DNA of 64,000 nt from an uncultured Tepidisphaeraceae bacterium (GCA_964641895.1 CAZXLA010000001.1:18842-82841); one strand, 5' to 3'. Positions 7,202-16,316 are shown, numbered from the stretch's first letter. The notes: generated by a model from the letters alone, not told the origin. Numbers and translations: made by a program.

Positions 7202-9064
7202 TCAATCCTGCGACCGCGGTTTTAAGGTGGCTTCGACGTCGATCGAATCTTTGCCGCGCAGCAGGTGCAGCGTGAGCTTGTCACCCACTTTAGCGCCTTC
7301 CAGCAACGCCGTCAGATCTTCCAGCGTGTTCATCTTTTTGCCGTTGATGGCTTGAATGACGTCGCCTTCCTTCAACCCCGCGGCCTCGGCGGCGGTGCCG
7401 GGGACGGTGCCGTTGATTTTGATTCCTTCGGGGCCGGCTTCATCTTCGGTGTAAGATGGCACGACGCCAAGCTGCACCCGCGCGCCTTGTGTGGCCGCCG
7501 GCCCCGTGGTGGCCCGCCGGGTTAGCGTGGGAAGAAACTTTTGCTTTGGCATGACGGCCAGCGAGCGCACTATTTCCTCGCTGATATCGACCACGGTTGC
7601 GATGCCGTCGTAGTTGACTTTTTCAATGTCATCGGTCGGTCGGTGGTAGTCGGAGTGCAGGCCGGAGAACAGGAAGAGCACGGGGATCTTCTTTGCCATG
7701 AACGAAGCATGATCGCTCGAACCGAAGGTGATGCCGCTCATCCGGGTGAATTTCAACGGCGTGGCGGCATCGATTTCATTCATCATCGCATCAAATGCCG
7801 CCGCGGTGTCGCGCCCGCCGACGGCGACTTCGTTGTTCTTGATGCGGCCGACCATGTCGAGGTTGTACATCGAATGAATCTTGTCGATCGGCACGAGCGG
7901 GTTGTTCACAAAGTGCTCCGACCCGAGCAGGCCGCGCTCCTCACCCGTGAAGAACATGAACAGCACCGAGCGCTGCAACGGCGTTTTGCGCGCTGCAAGC
8001 CGCCGGGCCAGATCGAGCACGGCGGCGGTGCCCGACGCATTATCGTCGGCGCCGTTGTGCACCGAGCGCGTTGTCGCACCCGCCAGCGAACCGCTGCCGC
8101 CGAAGCCCAGGTGATCGTAGTGCGCGCCCACCACAATGTATTCATCCGCATTCCATCCGCGGCCCGGCAAGATTGCCAGCACGTTTTTAACCGGAATCTG
8201 CTTCTGCAGAATTTCGACCTTTCCGGCGGCCACCTGCGCATCATCAAGCTGTGCCGAAGCGGGTTTAAACTCCGTGTCGATCAATTCCTGCAGGGTCTTT
8301 AAGTCTTTCACGCCGCCGGCGGCCAGCAAGCGGTCGGCCGCGGCGCGGGTGATTTGAATGACCGGAATTGAAGCCAGGTTGCGACTGCTGCGCCGCCCGA
8401 AAGCCGAAAGCTCATCGGCTTCATTGTGATGATTCGGCGGGTTGACCACCAGCAACGCCGTCGCGCCGGCTTTTGCCGCCGCCTCGGCTTTGGTGGTGAG
8501 CGATGCGGCATCCGACCATGATTCAAATGTGCTGGCCAGCCGGCTCTTGCCTTTCTCATCGTGCGGCTCAAAACGCATCGCCAGCGCCACTCGGCCTTTC
8601 AGATCAACGCCCTCAAAGTCGTTGTAGGCCGGCTCGGTTTGATTGATCGCGTAACCCACGAAAGTCACCGGGCCGGTGAACGCGGCGGCCTTGCTGATGG
8701 CGTGGGGGCGATAATCTTTGTTAAGTTCCATTGTCGCGCCGGCGAGCGAGACAGTGGTGGCGAGGTCGACTGAAGCATCGCCGCGCACGCTGAAGTGCTG
8801 GAAGTAGCCGTCGGCGCCCTTGGCCGGCTTCAGGCCGATCGACTTCACCTCGTCGGCGAGGTAGTCGGCGGCGAGATCGATCCCCTTCGTCCCCACGCCG
8901 CGGCCTTCGAGCGCATCGGATGCGAGATACGCTACCGATTTGCGGGTGCGTTCGACGCTTACCTGATGCGGCGTAGGCGCATTGGTCGGAACGGTTTGGC
9001 AACCGAACAGAACGAAGCCGAGAACGCCGAGAATCATCAACCGGGGCGGATTTTGTAGTTTCAT
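7202..9064 (-). CDS. M28-family metallopeptidase lipoprotein with PA-like insert and C-terminal PDZ domain
   Basis: Motifs VGAHYDHLG, NGADDNASG and FTGEERGLLGSEHF (M28 zinc ligands). C-terminal GLKEGDVIQAINGKKM is PDZ-like. The start at MKLQNPPRLMILGVLGFVLFGC gives a lipobox; the longer ORF reaches 9127. Confidence 0.85.
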   Translation of the reverse strand: MKLQNPPRLMILGVLGFVLFGCQTVPTNAPTPHQVSVERTRKSVAYLASDALEGRGVGTKGIDLAADYLADEVKSIGLKPAKGADGYFQHFSVRGDASVDLATTVSLAGATMELNKDYRPHAISKAAAFTGPVTFVGYAINQTEPAYNDFEGVDLKGRVALAMRFEPHDEKGKSRLASTFESWSDAASLTTKAEAAAKAGATALLVVNPPNHHNEADELSAFGRRSSRNLASIPVIQITRAAADRLLAAGGVKDLKTLQELIDTEFKPASAQLDDAQVAAGKVEILQKQIPVKNVLAILPGRGWNADEYIVVGAHYDHLGFGGSGSLAGATTRSVHNGADDNASGTAAVLDLARRLAARKTPLQRSVLFMFFTGEERGLLGSEHFVNNPLVPIDKIHSMYNLDMVGRIKNNEVAVGGRDTAAAFDAMMNEIDAATPLKFTRMSGITFGSSDHASFMAKKIPVLFLFSGLHSDYHRPTDDIEKVNYDGIATVVDISEEIVRSLAVMPKQKFLPTLTRRATTGPAATQGARVQLGVVPSYTEDEAGPEGIKINGTVPGTAAEAAGLKEGDVIQAINGKKMNTLEDLTALLEGAKVGDKLTLHLLRGKDSIDVEATLKPRSQD

Positions 9065-9180
9065 CGGAGTGGGATTGTACGGATTGGCCCGCCGCGGCTC
9101 AATTCCTGCACATCTTCGTGAATTCATCTGCGTTTTTCCTTTGCAACTTGCGGGCGATCGATCGACAATACGGCCAACTC

Positions 9181-10170
9181 ATGTCCCAAGACGCGGGTGA
9201 AGTTTCTTGGCAGACACTTCGCCGGATCGTGCAACGATGGTCCGGCGACAGTGCGGAACTGGATTCCGTGTCGGCTCTCGACGGCGGGTCGATCAGCACC
9301 ACCCTCATGCTGCAGACCAAGGCCGGCGACCGAGCGGTGCTCAAGGTTTCTCCGCACCGGGTGGATCGATCGTACGAAGTCGAAGCGCATCAACTTTCAC
9401 TGCTCCGGTCGATCGGTCTGCCGGCGCCGCAGGTGTATGAATGTCACACCGGCTCGCTCGATGCGCCCGACAGCTACCTCCTGATCGAACACATGCCCGG
9501 GATAAATCTGCACGATGCCAAAGAGCAATGCGCGCCCGAAGCGTTTCAAGCTTTGCAGTTGCAGCTCGGGCAGATGGTGGTGGCGCTGCATCAGCACACG
9601 GGCGCGCGTTACGGCAAGGTCGAGCCTGAATCGGCTTTGAAGAAGCCCGCGACGGTCAATGGTGCAACGTGGGGCGAATCCGGGGGAGAATCGGGGGGCG
9701 AAACATGGCCGGCGTTCTATCGCGGGTTGTACGACGGCATCTGGCATGAGTGCGAGAAGCATTCGGCCATCGCCAACAAATCACGGAAGCTCATTGGCCG
9801 AATTCACGATAAACTCGATCGATTGCTCACGCACACCGATCAGCCACGGTTGACGCACGGCGACCTCTGGGCCAGCAACGTTCTGGCGGCGGCGGATGAG
9901 GATGGCCGGTGGAAAATCACTGCGCTGCTCGACCCCAACTGCCGGTTTGCCCACGCCGAGTGTGAATTGGCGTATCTCGATCTGTTCCACACCATCACGC
10001 CGGCGTTTATGAAGGAGTATCAGCGGTCGTTTAAAACCGACGACGACTACCATGCGCGGCGGAAGCACATCTACCAGCTTTACGAACTGGTCAACCACGT
10101 CAACCTGTTCGGCGATCGATACATCAAGCCGATGCAGGCCACGCTGGAGAAGCTGTCGGCATTTGTTTAA
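9181..10170 (+). CDS. fructosamine/ketosamine kinase family phosphotransferase
   Basis: APH-like fold with LTHGDLWASNVL (catalytic loop) and LDPNCRFAHAECELAY, typical of the fructosamine kinase family. ATG at 9181 is preferred over the 9118 ORF start. Confidence 0.8.
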   Translation: MSQDAGEVSWQTLRRIVQRWSGDSAELDSVSALDGGSISTTLMLQTKAGDRAVLKVSPHRVDRSYEVEAHQLSLLRSIGLPAPQVYECHTGSLDAPDSYLLIEHMPGINLHDAKEQCAPEAFQALQLQLGQMVVALHQHTGARYGKVEPESALKKPATVNGATWGESGGESGGETWPAFYRGLYDGIWHECEKHSAIANKSRKLIGRIHDKLDRLLTHTDQPRLTHGDLWASNVLAAADEDGRWKITALLDPNCRFAHAECELAYLDLFHTITPAFMKEYQRSFKTDDDYHARRKHIYQLYELVNHVNLFGDRYIKPMQATLEKLSAFV

Positions 10171-10258
10171 TCGGCGACGACGATGCTTCCTTGATCGTCT
10201 TCTCGCAACCTGCGACCAAAACCACAACCGCAACGGCGGCGAACAGAATTTTCTTCAT
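10124..10258 (-). CDS. candidate 44-aa lipoprotein
   Basis: MKKILFAAVAVVVLVAGCEKTIKEASSSPIKQMPTASPAWPASA has a classical signal peptide plus LVAGC lipobox. It is below the ORF-track length cut-off, and its 3' end overlaps the convergent kinase gene by about 45 nt. Confidence 0.3.
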   Translation of the reverse strand: MKKILFAAVAVVVLVAGCEKTIKEASSSPIKQMPTASPAWPASA

Positions 10259-10297
10259 CAATCGCTCCTTAGTTGAACAGGTGAGCTTAATCTAAAT

Positions 10298-10328
10298 CTC
10301 CCCCTCCATGTACTCAGAGAGGGGGGAG
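10298..10328. repeat. G/C hairpin CTCCCCCTCC-ATGTACTCAG-AGAGGGGGGAG, same family as the tsaD insert
   Basis: Shares CTCCCCCTCCATGTACTCAG with 48913-48932; the stem-loop is visible by eye. Confidence 0.8.
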
Positions 10329-10392
10329 TTCTGAGGCGCATTTCCATCCTCATGCAACTCATTCCATCCGCCGCTATGATCGGCGGCGAATC

Positions 10393-11832
10393 ATGGTGTT
10401 GGCAGAGCCGGCGGCGGAAACTCTGAATAAAGCGGCGACGGAAACCACGTCGCAATTGCTGCGCGCGCTGATTCTGCTGGCCGCGCCGGTGCTGATCGAG
10501 CAGATGCTGCACGCATTTTCGGGGTTGGCCGACACCTACATTGCCAACCACGTAACGCCGATCACGCCGGGAATGAGCGGCGAACAGGCCGCCGAGGCGC
10601 AGCGTCATATGACCGCCGCCGGCGCTGCGGTGGGGACGATCGCGTACCTGCTTTGGTTTATCGGCTTGATCGCCGGCGCCGTCGGTACGGGATCGACCGC
10701 CATCATCGCGCGCGCCACCGGTGCCCGACATCGCGGCCTGGCCAACAGCATTTGCGGGCAATCGATCGGTTTGGCGGGCCTTGCAGGATTGTTCATGGCG
10801 GGTGTCGTCTACGTCCTGGCCGGGCCGATCGCCGGGATGATGGGCCTGCACGGTGAGGCGGTCGAACTTGCGCGGGTTTTCCTGCGAACGATCGCCTTCG
10901 GTTTGCCGTTCATGCTCGTGCTGCTGGTGGCCAACGCGTGCCTGCGCGGCGCGGGCGATACCATTTCGCCGGCGCTGGCCATGATCGCGGTTGATGCGGT
11001 CAACATTGGCGTTGGCGTCACGCTCACATTCGGCTGGTTCGGCATGCCGGCGCTGGGCTTTCGGGGGATCGCGATCGGGGCGTTGTGCGGTTACATCGTC
11101 GGCGCGTTGATGCAAATGACAGTGCTGCTGATCGGCCGCGGCGGCATTCGACTGCATGTGCACCGGCTGCGCCCGCATTGGCACAACATGCGCCGGTTGC
11201 TGCGCATCGGCCTGCCCAACGGCGCCGAAAGCGCGGTGATGTGGGGGGTGAATATCATCCTCATCAAAATCATTAACAACATGGACCCGACTGCGGCGGC
11301 GGGGGCGGCGCATGCCATCGCTGTGCGCGTCGAGGCGTTCAGCTACCTTGCGGGTTTTGCGATCGCGATCGCGGCGACGACCATGGTCGGCCAGAGCCTG
11401 GGCATGAAGAACCCGCGCCGCGCCGAGCGCGCCGCTTACCTCGCGTACGCGGTCGGCGGGTCGATCATGACCTTCGGCGGGATCATGCTCGTGCTCTTCG
11501 GGCATGCCTTCGCCAGCGTCATGAGCACCGACCCGAACGTGGTCGCCATGACTACTCAATGCCTTTTCTACGCCGGTTTCGTTCAAGCCGGCTTCGCCGC
11601 CGCGATCATCTTCGGCGGGAGCCTGCGCGGCGCCGGCGACACACTTAGTGTAATGATGATCAACATGATCAGCCTCGTCGGCATACGATTGGTCGGCGTG
11701 TTGGTGTTGACGCAGGTTTTTCATGTCACCCTGTCTACGATCTGGATTCTGTTGTGCGCCGATCTGCTGCTGCGTGGCGTTGCGATGTTCGTTCGGTTTC
11801 GGCATGGGGGGTGGAAGAGCGTTAAGGTGTAA
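10393..11832 (+). CDS. MATE-family multidrug/toxin efflux transporter
   Basis: 479-aa polytopic membrane ORF with two internal halves. Has the MATE-like N-terminus LLRALILLAAPVLIEQMLH and GAGDT motifs in both halves. Confidence 0.85.
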   Translation: MVLAEPAAETLNKAATETTSQLLRALILLAAPVLIEQMLHAFSGLADTYIANHVTPITPGMSGEQAAEAQRHMTAAGAAVGTIAYLLWFIGLIAGAVGTGSTAIIARATGARHRGLANSICGQSIGLAGLAGLFMAGVVYVLAGPIAGMMGLHGEAVELARVFLRTIAFGLPFMLVLLVANACLRGAGDTISPALAMIAVDAVNIGVGVTLTFGWFGMPALGFRGIAIGALCGYIVGALMQMTVLLIGRGGIRLHVHRLRPHWHNMRRLLRIGLPNGAESAVMWGVNIILIKIINNMDPTAAAGAAHAIAVRVEAFSYLAGFAIAIAATTMVGQSLGMKNPRRAERAAYLAYAVGGSIMTFGGIMLVLFGHAFASVMSTDPNVVAMTTQCLFYAGFVQAGFAAAIIFGGSLRGAGDTLSVMMINMISLVGIRLVGVLVLTQVFHVTLSTIWILLCADLLLRGVAMFVRFRHGGWKSVKV

Positions 11833-11976
11833 TTTTGAGTTTCCGTTTTGCAGCCGGCGCGCGATAACAACCTCATCAATGTCATTCGACAGGTTTTAAG
11901 GATGCTGCGTTACATCGTTTGCCGTAAGAACCCTCACCCCGCCCCGCTCCCGGGGTAACGGTCCAGGGAGTCAAGC

Positions 11977-13017
11977 ATGCAACCACTCGACGCGCGACAA
12001 CCTCCTGACTTGCACGTACTGACCGGCCAAGTGAAGGCGCTGGCGCGCGGATTAGGGTTCGACCTCGTCGGCATCGCGCCGGCGGCGGCGAGTGCGCGGG
12101 GGGCGTTTTTCCGGGAGTGGTTGAGCGACGGCAAAGCCGGCGAGATGACGTTTCTCGCCGACCGCATTGATGAGCGACTCGACCCGGCACAGTTCCTTCC
12201 CAACGCACGAACGGTGGTTTGTGTGGCCATGAACTACTTCCATCCGTTGAACGATGAACCCAAGCCGGGTGCTTGCAAGCCGGGTGATTCAGCCCCGGAT
12301 GAATTCTCGTTCGCACAAGGCAAAATCGCCCGTTACGCCCTCGGCGACGACTACCACGAGCTGATCAAAAATAAGCTCTACGCCATCGCCGACTTTCTTA
12401 AAGACGCCGTCCCCGGTTCCTACACACGGTGCGGCGTGGACACCGCGCCCATCAACGAACGGGAACTCGCTTCACGCACCGGTGTCGGGTGGGTGGGCAA
12501 GAACACCTGCGTGATCAACGAGCGCATCGGCTCGTGGCTTTTCCTGGGCAGCGTATTGACGACGATCGATCTGCCCATCGATTCGCCGGCGGTCGATCGC
12601 TGCGGCACCTGCACGCGGTGCATTGAAGCGTGCCCCACGGCGGCCATCACGCCGTACCAGCTAGACGCGCGAAAATGCATTTCATACCTCACGATTGAGC
12701 ACCCGATCGAAATTGATCCCACGCTGCAACTGAAGATGGGCGATTGGCTCTTCGGCTGCGATATTTGCCAGGACGTTTGCCCGTGGAACAGCAAAGCGCC
12801 GGCGACGGAAATCCCCGAGCTTCAGCCGCGAATCGCCTCAGGAAGGCTCGTGTTACAGGACGTGCTGAATTGGCACAAGGAAGATTTCGACCGAACCTTC
12901 CGTCGTTCGGCGGTGAAGCGAATTCGGCTGCCGCAGTTGCAACGCAATGCGCGCATTGCGGTGGAGAACGGGCGGGGCGGTTTGCGCGAATCTGCGGGTC
13001 CTTCTCATAACGATTGA
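11977..13017 (+). CDS. queG: tRNA epoxyqueuosine(34) reductase
   Basis: GKIARYA.GDDYH, GVGWVGKNT, two ferredoxin-type clusters (CGTCTRCIEACPT, CDICQDVCPWN) and a C-terminal HEAT-like tail. Confidence 0.9.
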   Translation: MQPLDARQPPDLHVLTGQVKALARGLGFDLVGIAPAAASARGAFFREWLSDGKAGEMTFLADRIDERLDPAQFLPNARTVVCVAMNYFHPLNDEPKPGACKPGDSAPDEFSFAQGKIARYALGDDYHELIKNKLYAIADFLKDAVPGSYTRCGVDTAPINERELASRTGVGWVGKNTCVINERIGSWLFLGSVLTTIDLPIDSPAVDRCGTCTRCIEACPTAAITPYQLDARKCISYLTIEHPIEIDPTLQLKMGDWLFGCDICQDVCPWNSKAPATEIPELQPRIASGRLVLQDVLNWHKEDFDRTFRRSAVKRIRLPQLQRNARIAVENGRGGLRESAGPSHND

Positions 13018-13100
13018 CGATTGACGATTAAGAAAAATAAAAGACGCGCGGATTCGCGCGTCTTCTCAATCGTCAATCGTCAATCGTCAATCGTTACGAC
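13008..13100. repeat. array hairpin: (ACGATTG)x3, terminator hairpin, (CAATCGT)x4
   Basis: TAACGATTGACGATTGACGATTA at 13008-13030 faces CAATCGT x4 at 13067-13094. The queG stop codon lies inside the left array. A related copy is at 48439-48495. Confidence 0.9.
13041..13064 (-). terminator. intrinsic terminator of the small heat shock gene (possibly bidirectional)
   Basis: AAGACGCGCG-GATT-CGCGCGTCTT, a 10-bp G/C stem. On the minus strand it is followed by TTTTATTTTT. Confidence 0.75.
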
Positions 13101-13122
13101 GCCGCTTCGCCAAAACGCGCAA

Positions 13123-13578
13123 TTACCCGACATTGATCTTCCGCGGTTTCGTTTCCTCGCGTTTATTGAGCGTCACGCGCAACACGCCTTCGGCCAATTT
13201 GGCGTCGACCTTGCATTCATCCACCGTCGGCGGAAGGGTGAAGCTTCGGCTGAAGCGGGTATGACGGCGTTCCTTCAGAAGGTATTCGCCGGCTTCGCCG
13301 TTCATGTTCGTCTTCTCATCGCTGCGGTCGGCGGTAATGGAGAGGGTCTGGTTTTCCAGCGTGATGGCGACCTGCTCTTTGCTGAAGCCGGGAAGTTCAG
13401 CTTCAACGTAAATGTGATCGGCATCTTCACGCACATCGACCGCGTAGGATGCGAATGTTCCGCCTTCGATCACGTCGCGAACGTTGAACAACCGCCCGAC
13501 GGCGTTGCCGAATTCGCGCGAAACCACATGCATCGGGTCAATGCCCACCGCCCGAGATACGCCAGTAGGAAGTGCCAT
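13123..13578 (-). CDS. Hsp20/alpha-crystallin family small heat shock protein
   Basis: 151-aa ORF. VDVREDADHIYVEAELPGFSKEQVAITLENQTLSI and AKLAEGVLRVTL are the alpha-crystallin domain signature. Confidence 0.9.
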   Translation of the reverse strand: MALPTGVSRAVGIDPMHVVSREFGNAVGRLFNVRDVIEGGTFASYAVDVREDADHIYVEAELPGFSKEQVAITLENQTLSITADRSDEKTNMNGEAGEYLLKERRHTRFSRSFTLPPTVDECKVDAKLAEGVLRVTLNKREETKPRKINVG

Positions 13579-13631
13579 GATTTGTCTCCTGCGTTTGTGA
13601 ATAATCGTTCAACACTTCGTCATTCCACATT

Positions 13632-13647
13632 ACAACCTGCGTGCCAA
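13632..13647 (-). promoter_or_regulatory. candidate sigma54 (-24/-12) promoter upstream of the Hsp20 gene
   Basis: The minus strand reads TGGCACGCAGGTTGTA, against consensus TGGCAC-N5-TTGCW. Spacing is correct, with only the C of TTGC replaced by T. It lies about 55 nt upstream of the ATG at 13578. Confidence 0.3.
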
Positions 13648-13769
13648 ACTCGCTTCTTGCCCCCGTTGAATGTAATTCATTGAATCAAAGACAGTTGCGG
13701 CGACGAGAATTTCAGCATCGGTTTATAATCGGCTGCAGGTCTGACAGCCGCTTTGGAAAACGTGCAAAG

Positions 13770-14735
13770 ATGGCAGGAGACCCGCCCATGTTCGCAGTAA
13801 TTGGACCGACGGCCTCGGGCAAGAGCGCCCTTGCGCTGGCCTTGGCCGAACGTGTGAGCGGCGAGATTTTGTGCGTTGATTCGATGACCGTTTATCGCGG
13901 GATGGACATCGGCACCGCCAAACCCACGCCGCAGGAGCGATCGCGCGTGCCGCATCACCTGCTTGATATCGCCGAGCCGACCGAGCACTTCGCCGTTGCC
14001 AGGTTTGTCGAGTTGGCCGACCGCGTGATAGCCGGCGCCGCCGGGCGGGGCGTTCCACTCGTCGCCGTCGGTGGAACGCCGATGTACTTCAAGGCGTTGT
14101 TCGAAGGCATCTTCGAAGGCCCCGGGGCGAACGAGGCCATTCGTGAGCGCCTTCGCGCGATCGAGTCGGCGGAACTGCACGCCCTTCTGAAGCAAGTCGA
14201 CCCCATCGCCGCCGAGCGGATTCACCTCAATGATCAACGCCGGCTCATTCGCGCGCTGGAAGTATTCGAGCTTACGGGCCGTCCGATCTCGTCGCTTCAA
14301 ACGCATTGGGAAGACCACTCGCCCAAACGCCACCACGCCACGTGGATCGGCCTCACGTGGGACCGCGAAGAGCTTAGCCGGCGCATCAACGCGCGCGTGA
14401 AGGCGATGGTTGCCGCGGGTTGGGTGGACGAGGTGCGATCGCTGCTGGCTCAACACGGCGCGTTAAGCCAGACCGCCGAAGAAGCCGCGGGTTATGGCGA
14501 CATGATGGCACACGTGCAGAATAAGTGTTCACTGGATGACGCGATCGAACAAGCGAAGATCGCCACCCGCCAGCTTTCGCGCCGCCAGATCAAGTGGTTC
14601 CGCCGATTCCCCGCGGTGAACTGGTTCGACGGTCACCTGCCGCTCGCGGAGATTGTGGACCAGATCGTCCCGACGAACGACCACGAATCTTCACCCGCGC
14701 GTGAAGACAAATCCTGTAACGAGCGGCGAACGTAA
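13770..14735 (+). CDS. miaA: tRNA dimethylallyltransferase
   Basis: P-loop GPTASGKS, DSMTVYRGMDIGTAKP, HHLLD and RRQIKWF. ATG at 13770 (or 13788) is preferred over the longer ORF from 13641. Confidence 0.9.
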   Translation: MAGDPPMFAVIGPTASGKSALALALAERVSGEILCVDSMTVYRGMDIGTAKPTPQERSRVPHHLLDIAEPTEHFAVARFVELADRVIAGAAGRGVPLVAVGGTPMYFKALFEGIFEGPGANEAIRERLRAIESAELHALLKQVDPIAAERIHLNDQRRLIRALEVFELTGRPISSLQTHWEDHSPKRHHATWIGLTWDREELSRRINARVKAMVAAGWVDEVRSLLAQHGALSQTAEEAAGYGDMMAHVQNKCSLDDAIEQAKIATRQLSRRQIKWFRRFPAVNWFDGHLPLAEIVDQIVPTNDHESSPAREDKSCNERRT

Positions 14736-14823
14736 GCGACCCGAATCCCGCAAGACCGAATCCGGTCGCTTACGCTCGCGGCTCGTAAGTGGACGTCATA
14801 AGCACTTTGACGGCTTTTGTCGT

Positions 14824-14862
14824 ACCATGAAATTCCTCCATGATGTGGGGGAATTTCATGGT
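14824..14862. other. perfect 13-bp stem hairpin in a convergent intergenic region
   Basis: ACCATGAAATTCC, a 13-nt loop, then GGAATTTCATGGT. There is no U-tract on either strand. Confidence 0.7.
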
Positions 14863-15102
14863 AGGCCTTTGGCATGATCGATCGTCAAATTGAAGGCGAT
14901 GGGTGCAGTGAATTTGCGAAACCATTAGACTATCGCCCGCGATGGGCCATCCGCTGCCGACAAACCGTGGCGCTACTGCGCCGCTACAATTGTTGAATCG
15001 CCCATCGACGAGGCTGTGCAGACTCCCGCACGCAATCAGGAGTTTGGCGCCGAAAAATGGTTCTTGGTCCCTGCCGTCGTCCGTCCCATTCGGGTGGCCT
15101 CG

Positions 15103-16200
15103 CTATAACCCCAGCGCCTCCGCCACCGCCGTCGCCACGTCAAATCTCAACTGTTTCACGTCTCCTTTGCCATCAGGGTGGAGGCGACTGGTGAGCAGGA
15201 CGATGTACACGCCGCTATCCGGGTCCATCCAGATGCTGCCGCCGGTGTAGCCGGTGTGGCCGAAGCTTTTGCCCCTGGCGAACGCCTTTCCGCGCGGGGA
15301 ATCGTATGGGCTTACGCAATCGAAGCCATATGTGCGCAGGGTTTGATCGTTGGGGGCGGGGCGGGGTTTGATCATTTCAGCAACGGTCTCGGGTTTTAGA
15401 ATGTGCGCTCCGCCCCGGGCCACGCCGCCGCGCAGGATCATTTGGCAGAATTTAGCCACATCGTCCGCGCTTGCGAATAGCCCCGCATGGCCGGCTACAC
15501 CCCCCATTTTGTGGGCGCGGGGGTCGTGAACCTCTCCGGGGGTGAAGACGCCGTCGCGGGCTTCGGTGGGGACGATCGAGGCGCGGTTGGTCGGCAGGTA
15601 GGAAGTCTGACGCATCAGCAGCGGTTTGCAGATTTCATCCTGCGCGAACGTATCGATCGTCCGACCATCGATCAAACGGACCAGTTCGCCGAGAACGATG
15701 TAGCCGACGTCGCTGTACGCAAATGTGGTGCCCGGCGCGTTCTTGAGTGGCGCGACCTTGATGCGCTCGATGGCGATGTTGCCGCCGTCGGCGAAATCGC
15801 TCAGCGGATTGTCGGGGACGAATCCGGCGATGTGCAGCAGGCACTGCTCGATCGTCACGGCTTCTTTTCCGTTTTGCGCGAATGTGGGCATGTATTTGGC
15901 GATGGGGTCTTTAACGTTCAGTTTGCCGCGTTCGTGCAGGATCATGATCGATGTGGCCGTGGCCATCGGTTTGGTGAGCGAAGCGAGATCGAAAACCAGC
16001 CCCGGTGCCATCGGCCTCTCTTCGGGCTTGATGGCCATTTTCCCGTAAAACTTTTGATAGAGGACATCATTGCCCCGGCCGACAAAGAGGTCGGCGTTGG
16101 GACATTTGCCGCCCTGGATTGCCTTTTCAATGATTGCGTCGATGGGACTAAAGTCAGGCATTTTTGATTGAGGCAGGCCAACGCGCGGTATTGCGAGCAT
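15103..16200 (-). CDS. serine hydrolase, beta-lactamase/PBP4-like (class C fold)
   Basis: SLTKPMAT (SxxK) near the N-terminus, YSDVGY (YxN-like) and a HTGYTG (KTG-like) box. The start is uncertain (16200 or 16161). The ORF-track extension to 16401 runs through a repeat and is unlikely to be translated. Confidence 0.8.
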   Translation of the reverse strand: MLAIPRVGLPQSKMPDFSPIDAIIEKAIQGGKCPNADLFVGRGNDVLYQKFYGKMAIKPEERPMAPGLVFDLASLTKPMATATSIMILHERGKLNVKDPIAKYMPTFAQNGKEAVTIEQCLLHIAGFVPDNPLSDFADGGNIAIERIKVAPLKNAPGTTFAYSDVGYIVLGELVRLIDGRTIDTFAQDEICKPLLMRQTSYLPTNRASIVPTEARDGVFTPGEVHDPRAHKMGGVAGHAGLFASADDVAKFCQMILRGGVARGGAHILKPETVAEMIKPRPAPNDQTLRTYGFDCVSPYDSPRGKAFARGKSFGHTGYTGGSIWMDPDSGVYIVLLTSRLHPDGKGDVKQLRFDVATAVAEALGL

Positions 16201-16239
16201 CGTGAGGATTACAAGCTGAAGCCAAGACAGTCGGCACCA

Positions 16240-16316
16240 CAGATTAACGCAGGTTAACGCAGATTTGGATAAAGACTTTTTTAATCTGCGTTGATCTGCG
16301 TTCATCTGCGGATCAA
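16240..16316. repeat. array hairpin of the GCAGAT(G/T/C)AAC family
   Basis: CAGATTAACGCAGGTTAACGCAGAT faces AATCTGCGTTGATCTGCGTTCATCTGCGGATCAAC across an A/T loop. Related copies are at 24391-24573 and 37316-37402. Confidence 0.85.

Noticed and set aside
10258-11805. 515-aa ORF antisense to the MATE transporter gene
   Set aside because: The composition is extremely Arg/His/Asp/Gln-rich and non-protein-like. It mirrors the codon phase of the convincing MATE gene on the plus strand, so it is the usual long antisense ORF artefact of high-GC DNA.
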